Assembly: GCF_006345805.1 (NCBI RefSeq)
Contig: NC_042998.1
Location: 194,370,001-194,434,000 of the forward strand
Origin: Octopus sinensis
Lineage: Eukaryota
DNA: 64,000 nt
Direction: 5' to 3'
Shown here in pieces: positions 49,192-61,789 of the stretch. The notes under the pieces were generated by a model, which ran no database searches, was not told the DNA's origin, and saw nothing but the letters and a program-made list of their open reading frames with translations. A program made the position numbers and the translations under genes. Every line of letters begins with the position of its first letter. Within the stretch, counting starts at the first letter, position 1.

Positions 49192-49530
49192 ATAATAATA
49201 ATAATAATATAATAATAATAAACATTGTGTACAGTGCTCAGGTGCACTACAACTCATCGAAAGTGTATATATAATCAGGTGTAGTTTCGACGGATTTCGG
49301 AAAGCATGAGGGCCTTAAAGGATGCAGTGTCATAGCAGTCAACAACTGACGCAGGCAGTTTATTCCATGCTTCAGCAACTCTGAGTGTGAAGAAATGTTT
49401 CCAAAAGTCATGGGAGCTGTGTTGTTTTCTGACTTTGTAGGCATGTCCACATGTGTTAGACACATGGAGATCAAAAAGGTGTTCAGTGTTGTTATTGGTG
49501 AGGTGGTTGACTATACCCAGATATCAGTCT
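49192..49530 (-). mobile_element. CR1-clade LINE 3' fragment
   Basis: SNTCGHAYKVRKQHSSHDFWKHFFTLRVAEAWNKLP, (ATT)n tail. Confidence 0.85.
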
Positions 49531-50538
49531 GTTACATTTTATTACATATTAGTTTCTCTTTTTATCATCATAAGTTTTTCAACTCTTTCACTGTCTTCAC
49601 TAGTTATGATCAGAGAAAAAAACAAAACGTCTGTTCAGATCTCATTTATACAGATGGGTAGCTAGGCATTGTACATTAAAAATACTACATCAGTGAGAAA
49701 GGATAGAATATGTCAGTTTTGAATGCATTTTTGCAGAATGTTAATAAACTTCTCTTGGTGGGCTTTATTACCTGTATCACAACCTAGGTACTGAAAGGAA
49801 TGAAGCCTAGCAAGAGAATAGAGAATAGTCACACTTGAAGAATTATGTTTTATTTTTCTTGGAAATATTTGTAGTGCCTGGTGAACAATTAGTAGATAAA
49901 CTTTACATCAGTTTTAGCATGCTGCATACTTTAAAGCAAAGCACTATTTTGTATAATGAGACTCTCCTAAGGAATCTCACAGGACTTTCCTTCCTAGATA
50001 GATAGCTGCTTCTACTTTATGCATTAGTGTCTGCTTTTAAAAGATTGCAAAGTAAATTAGGAGAGCTACAGGATTTGCCAAAATATACATGGTAAAAATG
50101 CTTTAAGCTGGGTATATCATATCCATTTCTATATAGTATCCAAATTTATACTCTGTTTTCCCTTTTCTAGAAATCATCAGAATTTAAAATATATACATTG
50201 TGAGGCTCAGTAGTACACCATCTCTTACTCCATTGGTTTGGTTTGTAACTACTGCCATATTACCTATTACATGAGACTGGATCATTTATTTGTTGTCTGT
50301 TCAGCTCAACCATCCAGAAAACTAACAATAGATTGTCAAATAGGGGAGGTGCTATTTTACAAATTAATACATTTAGTCATCGAGTTTCTCTTTCCTCTAT
50401 GTCTAATACATCAGAACATTTAGCCACAGAGTCTCCATTTTCTTGAATTGTCTGAGTTTACATTATTCATATGAAGGTTGAAAAACATTTTCTTGGAAGT
50501 CTATATTTTCTTATATTTCTATCCACTAATATTTTATA

Positions 50539-50933
50539 CTAGCAGTATCGCCCGGCGTTGCTCGGATTTGTAAGGGAAATAACTATATAAGCATTTTTAG
50601 AGATGTAAAGTATAATAGCCATCTCAATATGGCTAACCACAAGGGGGGGGGGGGTGTTACTGTAGCTTTTTACGTTCTGAGATTTAATAATAAATTTTTA
50701 GAGAGTTACTTCCCTTATATATGCCAAAAATGCATTAAAAATGGGAAAAATTGATGGTAAATTCTTTTAAATCGTAGACTCATCATAGACGCACGCTAAT
50801 ACCCAGAAGGGCTCAATATGAATCACGACTATAAGATACCCGGTTTTGGTTGAACTGCACCGCAAAATGTGGGAGTAGTTAGGAATCTAAATCGTAGGAG
50901 ACAGACACACAACCTCACTTTTATATATAAAGA
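50539..50933 (-). mobile_element. Non-autonomous Helitron
   Basis: Minus strand A|TCTTTATATATAAAA...CCGAGCAACGCCGG hairpin...CTAG|T. Confidence 0.85.
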
Positions 50934-51146
50934 TAACACTGTTAACACACAGAACTTCATATCGTAGACACCTATAGTTCACCAAAAAGATGTCAGGAAA
51001 GTGGCATTTAAATTATTATGTAAACAGCTATTATCACTAGTGACAGCGGGAAGAAAACAGGAATAGAATGTCAAACTTATGAGTAAGCAAGAGAGGAAAA
51101 ATGTTTATATCAGCAGTAAATAAATGAAATCTTAAAAGAGACTTAC

Positions 51147-51323
51147 CAGAACTATTAGGATCGTAACAAAACTTAGTAAATTTTAAACCAAGTACGCTTT
51201 CTATTCGAACAGCACAGCTCTGGGTTAAGTGTAAAATAACAACAGGACGCCGATAAACAAAATTGTATTCACAGGACTTGAATTCCAAAGGAAAAACTTT
51301 AAACTCAATAGGTTTATCTTCTC
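51147..51323 (-). CDS. SENP6: SENP6/7 exon (EDKPIEFKVFPLEFKSCEYNFVYRRPVVILHLTQSC...YDPNSS)
   Basis: ttttag/gtaagt, phase 1-1; resembles human KCEWCNVRKLPVVFLQ. Confidence 0.85.
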
Positions 51324-51447
51324 CTAAAAAAGCAAATGACACCAGTTAAATATCACCATCGAAATTAACAATAATAATGCTGAGGTCATATACATGAGGG
51401 GAGTCATCTGCACACTAAATACAATATGGCAAGGTTTCACATAAATG

Positions 51448-52724
51448 TTGGGTTGTCCGGAAAGTTCGTGCCGATTTTTAAAGGAAAGAAAAAGGCCAAA
51501 AAATACTTGCCATTACATTTTTAATCAACCAAATATGAACCATTTTATTGCACAATGCATCTCCATCTTTCCTTTAACTTGAAAATACCCTCTTCCCAGA
51601 ATTGAGGTGGTTTCATGGCAAAGAATTCATAAAAGGTATCCTTTTACGTCATCCAAGGAATTGAAATTTTTACCATTAAGACTATTCTATAGAGACCTGA
51701 ATAAGTGGAAATCCGAAGGAGCAATATCTGGTGAATATGGAGGGTGGAGTAACACATCCCAGCCGAGCTACAGCAATTTTTGTTTGGTTCCCAAAGAAAC
51801 GTGCGGTCTTGCATTATCATGTTGGAAAACAACACCATTCCTGTTGACCAATTCTGGACATTTCTCTTGAATTGCTGCTTTTAACTCGCCCAGTTGTGTA
51901 CAGTATTTCTCAGAATTAATTGTCTGGTTACTTGGGAGAAGCTCATAGTACAGAATTCCTTTCCAATCCCACCAGACACAAAGCAAGACTTTTTTTTAGG
52001 ATGAAGACCTGCTTTTAGGGTGGCTCATGTTGCTTACTCCAGGATCGCTTTCTCTGAACATTTCGGTAGATAATCCATTTCTCATAACCTGTCACAATTT
52101 GCTTTAAAAAAGGTGCATTTTCATTCCGTTTATAATGCGAATCACAGATGGAAATGTGATCCAAAAGGTTCTTCTCACTCAACTCATGTGGTACCCAAAT
52201 ATCGTAGCAATTTGGGTACCCAAGCTTTACCAGGTGCTCATGAACGATGGATTTTGATAGGTTGAGGCTTTCTGCCAATTCTCAGGTTGTGCAATGTGGG
52301 TTAATCTCAATTAATGACTTGATTTGGTCATCATCTGTAGTGGATGGTCTGCCTGATCGCTCTTTATCAATAAGGCTACAATCTCCAGCTTGGAACCTTG
52401 CGAACCACTTCCGTACAGTTCTTTCAGATAACAAAACATCACCGTAAACTGCACATATTTCTTTGGTTGCTTGTGAGGCATTTCTGCCTTTACGGAAAAA
52501 GAAAAGCATCAAGAGCCGAAAATGAACTTTCTTATTTTCTAATTTAAAGGGTTACATAATTAACACAGGTTATAGGAACATAAACCTTCTTCCATCAAAA
52601 GATAGCTTAAACTGTGCTCTAAATGGAGGTGTAGTCAAATCCTATTTTATGGACTCAACCAAGTTCTAAAATAAGTCGAAAGGTAAGCTACTATAAATCG
52701 GCATGAATTTTCCGGACAACCCAA
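51448..52724 (-). mobile_element. Full-length decayed mariner transposon
   Basis: TIRs TTGGGTTGTCCGGAAA...GCCGATTT; frameshifted transposase with WVPHEL, TG(D>Y)EKW, HDNA, YSPDIAPSD. Confidence 0.95.
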
Positions 52725-53335
52725 TAATACACTAAGTTGAAAAACTTCAATCAACTGCAAATATTTAAGCAATTAGTCGATGAAATCTCCCTTTTCCTTT
52801 CACCTACTGCTTTAAACTGCAGACCACTCCAAAGTGCATTGTCTGTATTGTCCAAAAATTACAAAATCACTGATCCAATTAAATTTAGTTTTGAGAGTCA
52901 ACAGGGTAACACCATTAGTAAGAGAGGTTGGAAAGGTGAAAAGGGAGAGTGAAGTATAGTATCAGAATGAAATAGGAGACACTAAGCTAAGAGAAGTTAA
53001 CCAAATAACTAGCAAAAAGGTTATACATAGACCACACACCACAAGTAGGTCCTATCAATGTTTGTCTATCCGTCCATCCACCTATATCTCTCTTAAAACC
53101 GTCAAACGTTAAAAAAAAATTAATTTTAGAACCATGAAACTTTGAAATTTTATAACTTCATGACTAAGATTTTTTTTTTTTAATCCAAGATTCATGGAGA
53201 ATTCTGAGAATTTTTTGACATATTTTTGGATTAAAAAAAAAAGTGTGGTAATTTCTGCATGTGTCCCAAAAGTTCTTAGAGGGTTTCTATTAAAATTTAG
53301 CCCTTTCACACTACCTCAGCTTTTCATTTCTCAAT

Positions 53336-53727
53336 TGTTACTTTCTTTTACTTGTTTCAGTCATTTGACTGCGGCCATGCTGGAGCACCACCTTTAGTCG
53401 AGCAACTCGACCCCGGGACTAATTCTTTGTAAGCCCAGTACTTATTCTATCGGTCTCTTTTGTCGAACCGCTAAGTGACGGGGACATAAACACACCAGCA
53501 TCAGTTGTCAAGCAATGCTAGGGGGACAAACACAGACACGCAAACATATATATATACATATATACGACGGGCTTCTTTCAGTTTCCGTCTACCAAATCCA
53601 CTCACAAGGCTTTGGTCGGCCCGAGGCTATAGTAGAAGACACTTGCCCAAGGTGCCACGCAGTGGGACTGAACCCGGAACCATGTGGTTGGTAAGCAAGC
53701 TACTTACCACACAGCCACTCCTGCGCC
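53336..53727 (-). mobile_element. tRNA-derived SINE family A
   Basis: Full-length reverse copy. Confidence 0.9.
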
Positions 53728-54457
53728 TGTATGCATATGTATATATGTATGTATGTGTGCATCTGTATGTATGTATCCTGCATATGTGCTTGCATGTCCA
53801 TGTTTATGTATTTTCTATGTATGTGTGTGTGTGTGTGAGCCTGTGTTCGTATATTCATTTTCTCGTGTTCATAAGTGCTTTGACTTACATTAAATTCTCT
53901 TAGCTTAGTGTCCTCTGTTTTATTCTGATACTATACTTCACTCTCCCCTACTAATGGCATTACTCTGTTGTCTCTCTATACTAGACCACAACTATGTTGC
54001 CCGAGATACTCCAACACATGGTCCGATTAGAGTTACCTCTCTTACTCAGTTTTTAGATTTTAAACACTTTTTTGTATGTAAGCATATGGATATGAAAATA
54101 AACAGATCAACATACAGACGGATAGGTTATAAGAACAGACAAGCACACATATGCAAATGGAGACTGAAACACATGACCATATATACACACACACACTTTA
54201 CTCCACACAAGGACACATATGGAGACACGGGTCCACACATATAGAGATGCATATCCATACATACAAACATGGTACACAGTTGCATAACACATACACACAC
54301 ACACACAGACAAGGGGACAGAGGTGCATACATATACAAACACACGCTCACACACACACATACATACATAGAAAACACACAAACACGGACATGCAAGCACA
54401 TGAATATGCAGGATACATACATACAGATGCACACATACATATATACATATGCATACA
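53728..54457. repeat. ~125-bp inverted repeat of cryptic (TG/TA)-rich sequence (53728-53854 / 54331-54457)
   Basis: GTGCATCTGTATGTATGTATCCTGCATAT versus ATATGCAGGATACATACATACAGATGCAC. Confidence 0.8.
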
Positions 54458-54987
54458 CACATACACATGCATACATACATACGTACATGCATGCATAGGC
54501 ACACACACACTGACCCACACATATGCGCACAAACAAACAAAAAGGAACCCAGTGTAAATAACGGACAGAGTCAAGACTATTGAAAAGGTTGCAAGACGCC
54601 AACGAACATTTTAGGAAAATAAAAATAAGAAATAAAGGGAAATTTTACTGGTGAGTGTGTTACATTATAAGGCACAAAAAGAAAATGACTCTCCCCAGAC
54701 ACAACAGAACACTTCTAAAGATTTTGCTAAATGCTTGCATAATCATATTTGTATTTAGTATGCAGGACACTTCCAAAGTATTTTCCTTTGGTCAAAATAT
54801 TATTCGTAATCAGTGTAATTATACTTCATCTAGATTGAAGTTCTGAAGCTACAACTTAAATTCTTTAGATTACAAAAAAATTTTTTTTTTTAATTGTGGT
54901 GCTCTAGCATGGCCACAGACAAATTATTGAAACAAGTAAAAGAATATATCTCAAATTTCATATACAAAATTAAAAATATAGACTTAC

Positions 54988-55195
54988 TAGTAAATTTAAA
55001 TAACATGCAGTCAGAATTTAGCAGCACTTCTCGTGGAGAGCTGATATCCACATTCCCAATCCGTAAATTACGTGTCTGGAAGTGCAGCTGATCAGGATTA
55101 AAGGCAGGCTCTAAGGGATCTCCATAAAGAGAGCTTTCATCAGCTTCATCCACTTCCATATTCTGTGCACCTACTCTACTGACCACATTACCAAG
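54988..55195 (-). CDS. SENP6: SENP6/7 exon (LGNVVSRVG...LHFQTRNLRIGNVDISSPREVLLNSDCMLFKFT)
   Basis: tttcag/gtaagt, phase 0-1; resembles human LNCRSIRVG. Confidence 0.85.
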
Positions 55196-55473
55196 CTGAA
55201 ATGAAGAAACAAAGGACATTTCAGGCAGTGCAAAAACACAATTATTATATTAATTAATTCCAATTCACATAAGATCCAATGTTATAAGAGTTAATAATTT
55301 TTGCCAGCTGGTAAAAATTAATCTTACCCCAAGATTCACTGATACAGAAATCATTGATAAATCACCTTGAGGATTTTTGTTAGAATCCAAACTATCATGT
55401 GAGCTTCTAGCACTGTATATTTAGAGTAGATCCAGGAATATAAACACCTCTACAAATTACAATAAATATCAAT

Positions 55474-56043
55474 GATGTTGATCGACTTCGATTTTGGTTC
55501 TGCTTTCTGATATCCGATTTGATTTGGTTTGATTTTGAGGCAAGTGAAAATCAAAATCAAACCAAATCAAATCAGAACCAAAATCAAACCAAATCAAAGC
55601 AGAACCAAAATCGAAGTCGATCAACATCAATGGAAATTGCAGCTGTGATACCAGTGCCGGTGACAAGTAAGCGAACCATCCGATCATGGCCATTGCCAGC
55701 GCCGCCCCGACTGGCCTCCGTGCCGGTGGCACGTAAAAAGCACCATCCGTTCGTGGCCGTTGCCAGCCCCGCCTGGTCCCCGTGCCGGTGGCACGTAAAA
55801 AGCACCATCCGTCCGTGGCCGTTTGCCAGCTCCGTCTAGCACCTGTGCGGGTGGCACATAAAAAGCACCCACTACACAAACGGAGTGGTTGGCGTTAGGA
55901 AGGGCATCCAGCCGTAGAAACACTGCCAGATCAGACTGGGCCTGATGCAGCCTTCTGGCTTCACAGACCCCAGTTGAACCGTCCAACCCATGCTAGCATG
56001 GAAAGCGGACGCTAAATGATGATGATGATGATGATGATGATGA
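55474..56043 (+). mobile_element. RTE-LINE 3' end copy with a nested 5' fold-back
   Basis: (AAATC)-rich module, units, core, (GAT)n. Confidence 0.85.
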
Positions 56044-56317
56044 TTAATTTGCAACTGTTTAACAAGTTTTAATCCGAGAAACTGAATGCCTGATCAACAG
56101 TAGCATTATTGTAACCAGTAGATGCCAAGAGGAATCTACAAACAATTTGTCAAACTACAGTAAGGAGAATAACACTCGGTCATATGATGCCCAGAAATGT
56201 ACAATATTGAATACTCGACTATTTGTCCAAAACCTAGCAGTGGAATGTCAATTGTAACAGCAATCTCAACCCTATGGTAATATAGTTGGATTAAATAAAT
56301 ATATGTGGCAGACTTAC

Positions 56318-56550
56318 CTCATCTTCCATCCTATTGCACCGAGACCGATTAACCATAGACAGGTTGGTAGAAATAGCAGGGAAAATGGGCGAGTCAGGGC
56401 GATCATTCTCTTCAGGACTATCAGACTTCAAAGAAGAATTTGTAGCATTACTGTTGAGTGAGATCCGGGAATTAGGGTCCAATACTTTGGATTGATTCTC
56501 TGACGATTCTGCAGCAGCTGGTTCATCATCATCTGATATAGTAACTGTTT
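56318..56550 (-). CDS. SENP6: SENP6/7 exon (ETVTISDDDEPAAAES...NRMEDE)
   Basis: ttttcag/gtaagt; phase 1-0 fits both neighbours, open frame. Confidence 0.8.
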
Positions 56551-56841
56551 CTGAAAATTAAAATACCATTTAACTATTTTGAAGACAGCATTTACCACAG
56601 AAATATACTCTCTCTTTACTCTTTTACTCGTTTCAGTCATTTGACTGCGGCCATGCTGGAGCACCGCCTTTAGTCGAGCAAATCGACCCCGGGACTTATT
56701 CTTTGTAAGCACAGTACTTATTCTATCGGTCTTTTTTACTGAACCGCTAAGTGACGGGGACGTAAACATACCAGCATCGGTTGTCAAGCAATGCTAGGGG
56801 GACAAACACAGACACACAAACACACACACACATACATATAC

Positions 56842-58563
56842 CAGGGGCATGCACTCTCAGGTATGCAAGGTATGCGTTGCATGCCCTGTGATTTTTTTAT
56901 CCATATGATCAGAAAATTAGATAAAATAGTTACTTTGTTTCAAAGAAAATCCGTCCAGTTGTATTTTGTCTTCCCTTCTCTCTCAGTGACTACTTCTGCT
57001 TTTAGAAGTCATGCATTGACAAGACCAGCATGTCAGACACTCCCTCTCTGTCTCAGTTTGTCCTTCCTTCCTCTCTCTCTTAGTGACTTGTTTAAAAGAC
57101 ATGCTAAGGGGATAGAGCATTTGAAATATTTTTACTCCCTTCCTCTTTCTCTTAGTGGCTCCACATGCTGTGGGAAGACCCGCATGACCTCCCTCTCTGT
57201 CTCTTAGTGAATTGATAAAACAGATGCTAGGAGGAAAGGTCTTTCATAATATTTTGTACCCCCTTCCTCTCTCTCTCTCAGTCGTATGTCATGCTATGAG
57301 CTGACCACATGATACCCACTTTCTGTATCTTTCTGTTTTGTTGAAATTGACTTACAATTTACACTTCCACATGTGTTCGTATATAAGAACGGCCTTTTAC
57401 GAAATGAGTGAAATGTGTGTTATAAACGATATTTTGAGAAATAGTTTTTCGAAAGGAGAATTCGATGGAAAATAATTAATTATAACGGTGGGAGACCAAC
57501 ACCGAAAAGGGCTAATGCATTAGATAACATTGTTAAAAAAAAGATTTCTGAAGGCAACAGCAAAGGAATTACTCCTCGCGGCTTAATATTACCACATTAT
57601 TACCACAAAGGAAAATTATAATTTCATAATCAGCCTTTTTGAGCATATCATTGAAAATCCTGAAGCATGGGATGATACCACCATAAATTCAGCAATTGGA
57701 TTCTTACACACTTTAAAAGCTCCTGATTTCTTATTTTTGTTAGAAGTATTCAGTGAGATTTTTTCTTTTTTCTTATTTAACATCCTCCAGAGTAAAAGTC
57801 ATGACATAGTGTATTGTAAAGATCAAATAGATAAAACTAGAACTGTACTCGAAAACAGACTTGATAATTTTTCAATCTTTTTTACTTGTTTCAATCATTT
57901 GACTGCGGCCATGCTGGAGCACCGCCTTTAATCGAGCAACTCGACCCCGGGACTTATTCTTTTGTAAGCCCAGTACTTATTCTATCGGTCTGTTTTGCCG
58001 AACCGCTAAGTAACGGGGACATAAACACACCAGCATCGGTTGTCAAGCAATGCTAGGGGGACAAACAGATGCACAAACACACACACGCATATATATACAT
58101 ATATACGACGGGCTTCTTTCAGTTTCCGTCTACCAAATCCACTCACAAGGCTTTGGTCGGCCCGAGACTATAGTAGAAGACACTTGCCCAAGGGGGGAAA
58201 AATATGGGGTCGATGCAGGAATCGGAATTCAGAGATCCAAGAATATATCTATTGAGCCCCAACGACATTATAAAATGCTTTATAACAAAATTATCAGTAC
58301 AATAGTTGACCAAATAAAAGCACGATATTCATCCTTAGAAGAGTTTAAATTCATGGAACTTTTGAATTTCAACAAATTTGATGAGTATTGCAAACAATTT
58401 AAAAATCATGGGTACTATTTAAGAAGAGTGGTCCCGGTGTGCATATTCAGAATCTCCCATATGTAAACCGTAGGAATTCGAAAATTTTTTTACTGAAAAA
58501 TTGCCCCGGGGAAACAAAGAAATTCATTGCATGCCCAGCCCCGGAAGTCACCGCACGCCATTG
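56842..58563 (+). mobile_element. Internally deleted hAT transposon (ZMYM1-like transposase remnants)
   Basis: Imperfect TIRs CAGGGGCATGC / GCACGCCATTG; 8-bp TSD ACATATAC at 56834-56841 and 58564-58571; peptides ENPEAWDDTTINSAIGFL...LFLLEVFSEIF and YNKIISTIVDQIKARYS. Confidence 0.85.
57878..58193 (-). mobile_element. Headless SINE family A nested in the hAT element
   Basis: Matches family A from the tail to ACACTTGCCCAAGG. Confidence 0.85.
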
Positions 58564-60383
58564 ACATATACATATATACGACGGGCTTCTTTCAGTTTCC
58601 GTCTGCCAAATCCACTCACAAGGCATTGGTCGGCCTGGGGCTATAGCAGAAGACACTTGCCCAAGGTGCCACGCAGTGGGACTGAACCCGGAACCATGTG
58701 GTTGGTTAGCAAGCTACTTACCACACAGCCACTCCTGCACCTATATAAGTTTATTATTTCTAACTTCTCATTTACCTTCAAATACTATGTCCCTGTATTT
58801 AACCATTTCAATACCAAGGTGGGCACAGCTGGCCAAGAATTCTGTTGACGAATGTTACCACCCCAACTGAAAATGGCCAAAATAACCTAATCATATTTAA
58901 ATGAGAATTTCAGTGCAAATCTCATTATTACACTTGTGAAAAAACATGATTTCACAATGTGAATAATTGGGTTGCATTACTCTTTTACTCGTTTCAGCCA
59001 TGCAATTGCGGTTATATTATTTTACAAGATATCCGAGAATTTTCTCAAATTTTGGGAGATTTTTCCTCCTATTTTTCCCCATTTTAATTTTCTGAAATGT
59101 TTCACTCTGGACAAAAATTGGAAACTAGTTTAATGCAGTAAGTTTGAATTTGAAGTATTTTTGAAAGAAGACAGAAACATCTAAGAAAATATATGGCAAA
59201 CATGAAAACCACGTGTGTGATTATGAATCGAATATTTCTACTTCTGAAAGTGAAACAATTCTAACAACAGTTCCAAAAGCAATAAATTTGCAGCTGAATA
59301 GAGTAAGAATTCAAAAACTGCTTTTTCTTATTTATTTTTAGAAAGATATTATTCACAGCCACAGTCTTCTCAGGGAAATGAAACAGTTTATTTTCTAAAT
59401 TTTTCCTTTCAAGCAATTACTGCAGAAATGAATCATTACACAGAATATACAGAGGAAAAAGAGATAATAAGAGGTTTCATACATGCGAGTGACTGTGTGT
59501 GTGTGTGTGTGCACGTGCATATGTAAATTTATATGAACTGAATATTTCTATTTCCAAAAGTGAAATAATTCTGACAACAGTTCCAGTAGTGATAAAAAAG
59601 ATTTTTTTAAATCTTCTTTTTTTTTAATTTTGCACCATTTTTCTTGGTCATTTTAAGGAAGAGTCTTCCCAAGGAAATAAAACCATTAGATTAATTCTTT
59701 AGTTTTTCCTTTGGAGTAATTACTGCAGAAACAAATAGTGAAGAAATCCAAGCATTTTTGAGAAATATTGTGTGTGTGTGTGTGTGTGTATGTGTAGATA
59801 TTTTTTTGCAAATTTCACTCAATTCATTTTTTATTTACCTATAAGATTTGTGACAAATTTTGTAATTTGCATTGTGAATCATTATTATGTGTTTTTGAGT
59901 ATCAAAGACAAATTCCAGTATTTCATTCTGTTTTACCTTTACAGTACACCTCTTTCATTGTTTTACCTGTATGGTATACCTGTCTTATGTGTATCTAGTT
60001 CGACTGACAGATAATCCAGTAATTTGCACAGTTCTTATCTATTAAAATTTTGTTGTATATTAAATAACACATTTTCTATGCTGATGTGTAAACAAAATTT
60101 AAATAATGTATTTTGTTGAATTTGCCTGGATTTACATGTAATTAGATTCACTTTGAGATGAAAATAAATTAGATAAATTTGGTTAAGAACCTTTTGTTTA
60201 ATTGCGTTCCAAAAATCACATTATGTTGATTAATAATAAAAAAAGCTGTCTAAATTCAAGATTATTTTAGAATTTAATTGAAACACATAAGGGGTGGGGT
60301 CTCTCTCAGAAACATAGTAACAAAAGGGTTAAGGGGCAGACAAAACATTACAAGGTAAAGAAAAGTAAAAGAGAAAAATCTAC

Positions 60384-60771
60384 CTGGAACTGGTGGCTTC
60401 ATATTGTGAATAGTAATAGATTTCCGTCCACGCACAGCCTGTCGAGACCTTGGATACTGTATTGGTTTTACAGTTGTGGGAGAGCAATTTATATTACTTG
60501 ACAATGATGCTAGTGTAGTCTTTAGAGGTTCAGTAGTAGCATTGAAACTAGATACACGTTCCGTGAGCTTCTTAGGGTAAAATACATTTTTTTCTATAGC
60601 TGAAGGGGGATCAGATTTCTTCACAGAACATGTAATTAATTTCTTTTTTGACTGTAAAAAACTGATAGCTTTAGGAGTGTCAGTTATTCGTTTTTTACAC
60701 CGATCACATTTTTCATGTAATCTACCACGATTGCCACAACTCTTGCAAACTACCATTGCCATCTCCTTGGC
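60384..60771 (-). CDS. SENP6: SENP6/7 N-terminal-region exon (AKEMAMVVCKSCGNRGRLHEKCDRCKK...MKPPVP)
   Basis: tttcag/gtagat, phase 0-1, 129 open codons; assigned by strand and phase continuity. Confidence 0.75.
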
Positions 60772-60895
60772 CTGAAACAAGATAAAAAATTTTTTTTTAA
60801 TAACAAGCTATATTTAAACAGATAATCAAGTAGAAGTTTCAAGTTTAACTTGAACCACATATTGTAAAATATTTCTCAAAATATTCTTGACATTC

Positions 60896-61250
60896 ATCAT
60901 CATCATCATCATTGTTCTAATGTTCACTTCCCCATGCTCGCTAGGGTTGAAAAGAATCCATGGAGGCAAATTTTCTATAGCTGGATACCCTTCCTGCTGC
61001 CAAACCTCACATTTTCTAAGTAAAATAATATTTTCCTCTGGCCAGAGATGTTTTTAAAAAGACTGAAAATGAAGGAGACTGCTTGGGTGATGGTGACACT
61101 AATTTACAACTATCATGTGATATCAAGACAAGGAAATGCAGATGCACGCGCATGAATTCATTTCTATTTACCAAATCCACTCACAAAGAGCAGTGAGACT
61201 AAACCGAAAACCACATAACTGGGAAATGAACTTCTCAGCCACACAACCAT
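60896..61250 (-). mobile_element. Old SINE: family-A-like tRNA head with an RTE-type tail
   Basis: (CAT)n, GCTGGATACCCTTCC core, ACCAAATCCACTCACAA, CCACACAACCAT head. Confidence 0.6.
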
Positions 61251-61310
61251 CAATAAAAATCATGAATACATCATGATTAAAACCCTGGCAACTAGATTAT
61301 ATATATATAT

Positions 61311-61717
61311 AGGCGCAGGAGTGGCTGTGTGGTAAGTAGCTTGCTAACCAGCAACATGGTTCAGGGTTCAGTCCCACTGCGTGGCATCTTGGGCAAGTGT
61401 CTTCTGCTATAGCCCCGGGCCGACCAATGCCTTGTGAGTGGATTTGGTAGACGGAAACTGAAAGAAGCCTGTCGTATATATGAGTATATATATATATATG
61501 TATGTGTGTGCGTGTTTGTGTGTCTGTGTTTGTCCCCCTAGCATTGCTTGACAACTGATGCTGGTGTGTTTACGTCCCCATCACTTAGCGGTTCGGCAAA
61601 AGAGACCGATAGAATAAGTACTGGGATTACAAAGAATAAGTCCCGGGGTCGCTTTGCTCGACTAAAGGCGGTGCTCCAGCATGGCCGCAGTCAAATGGCT
61701 GAAACAAGTAAAAAAGA

Positions 61718-61720
<3 letters not shown>
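61311..61720 (+). mobile_element. tRNA-derived SINE family A
   Basis: Full length, followed by (TA)n. Confidence 0.9.

Positions 61721-61787
<67 letters not shown>
61721..61787. repeat. (TA)n microsatellite
   Basis: Uninterrupted TA run of ~33 units. Confidence 0.95.

Positions 61788-61789
<2 letters not shown>

Larger units (their letters stand above)
56606..58737 (-). mobile_element. SINE family A split by a hAT insertion
   Basis: 3' half 56606-56841, 5' half 58572-58737. Confidence 0.85.
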
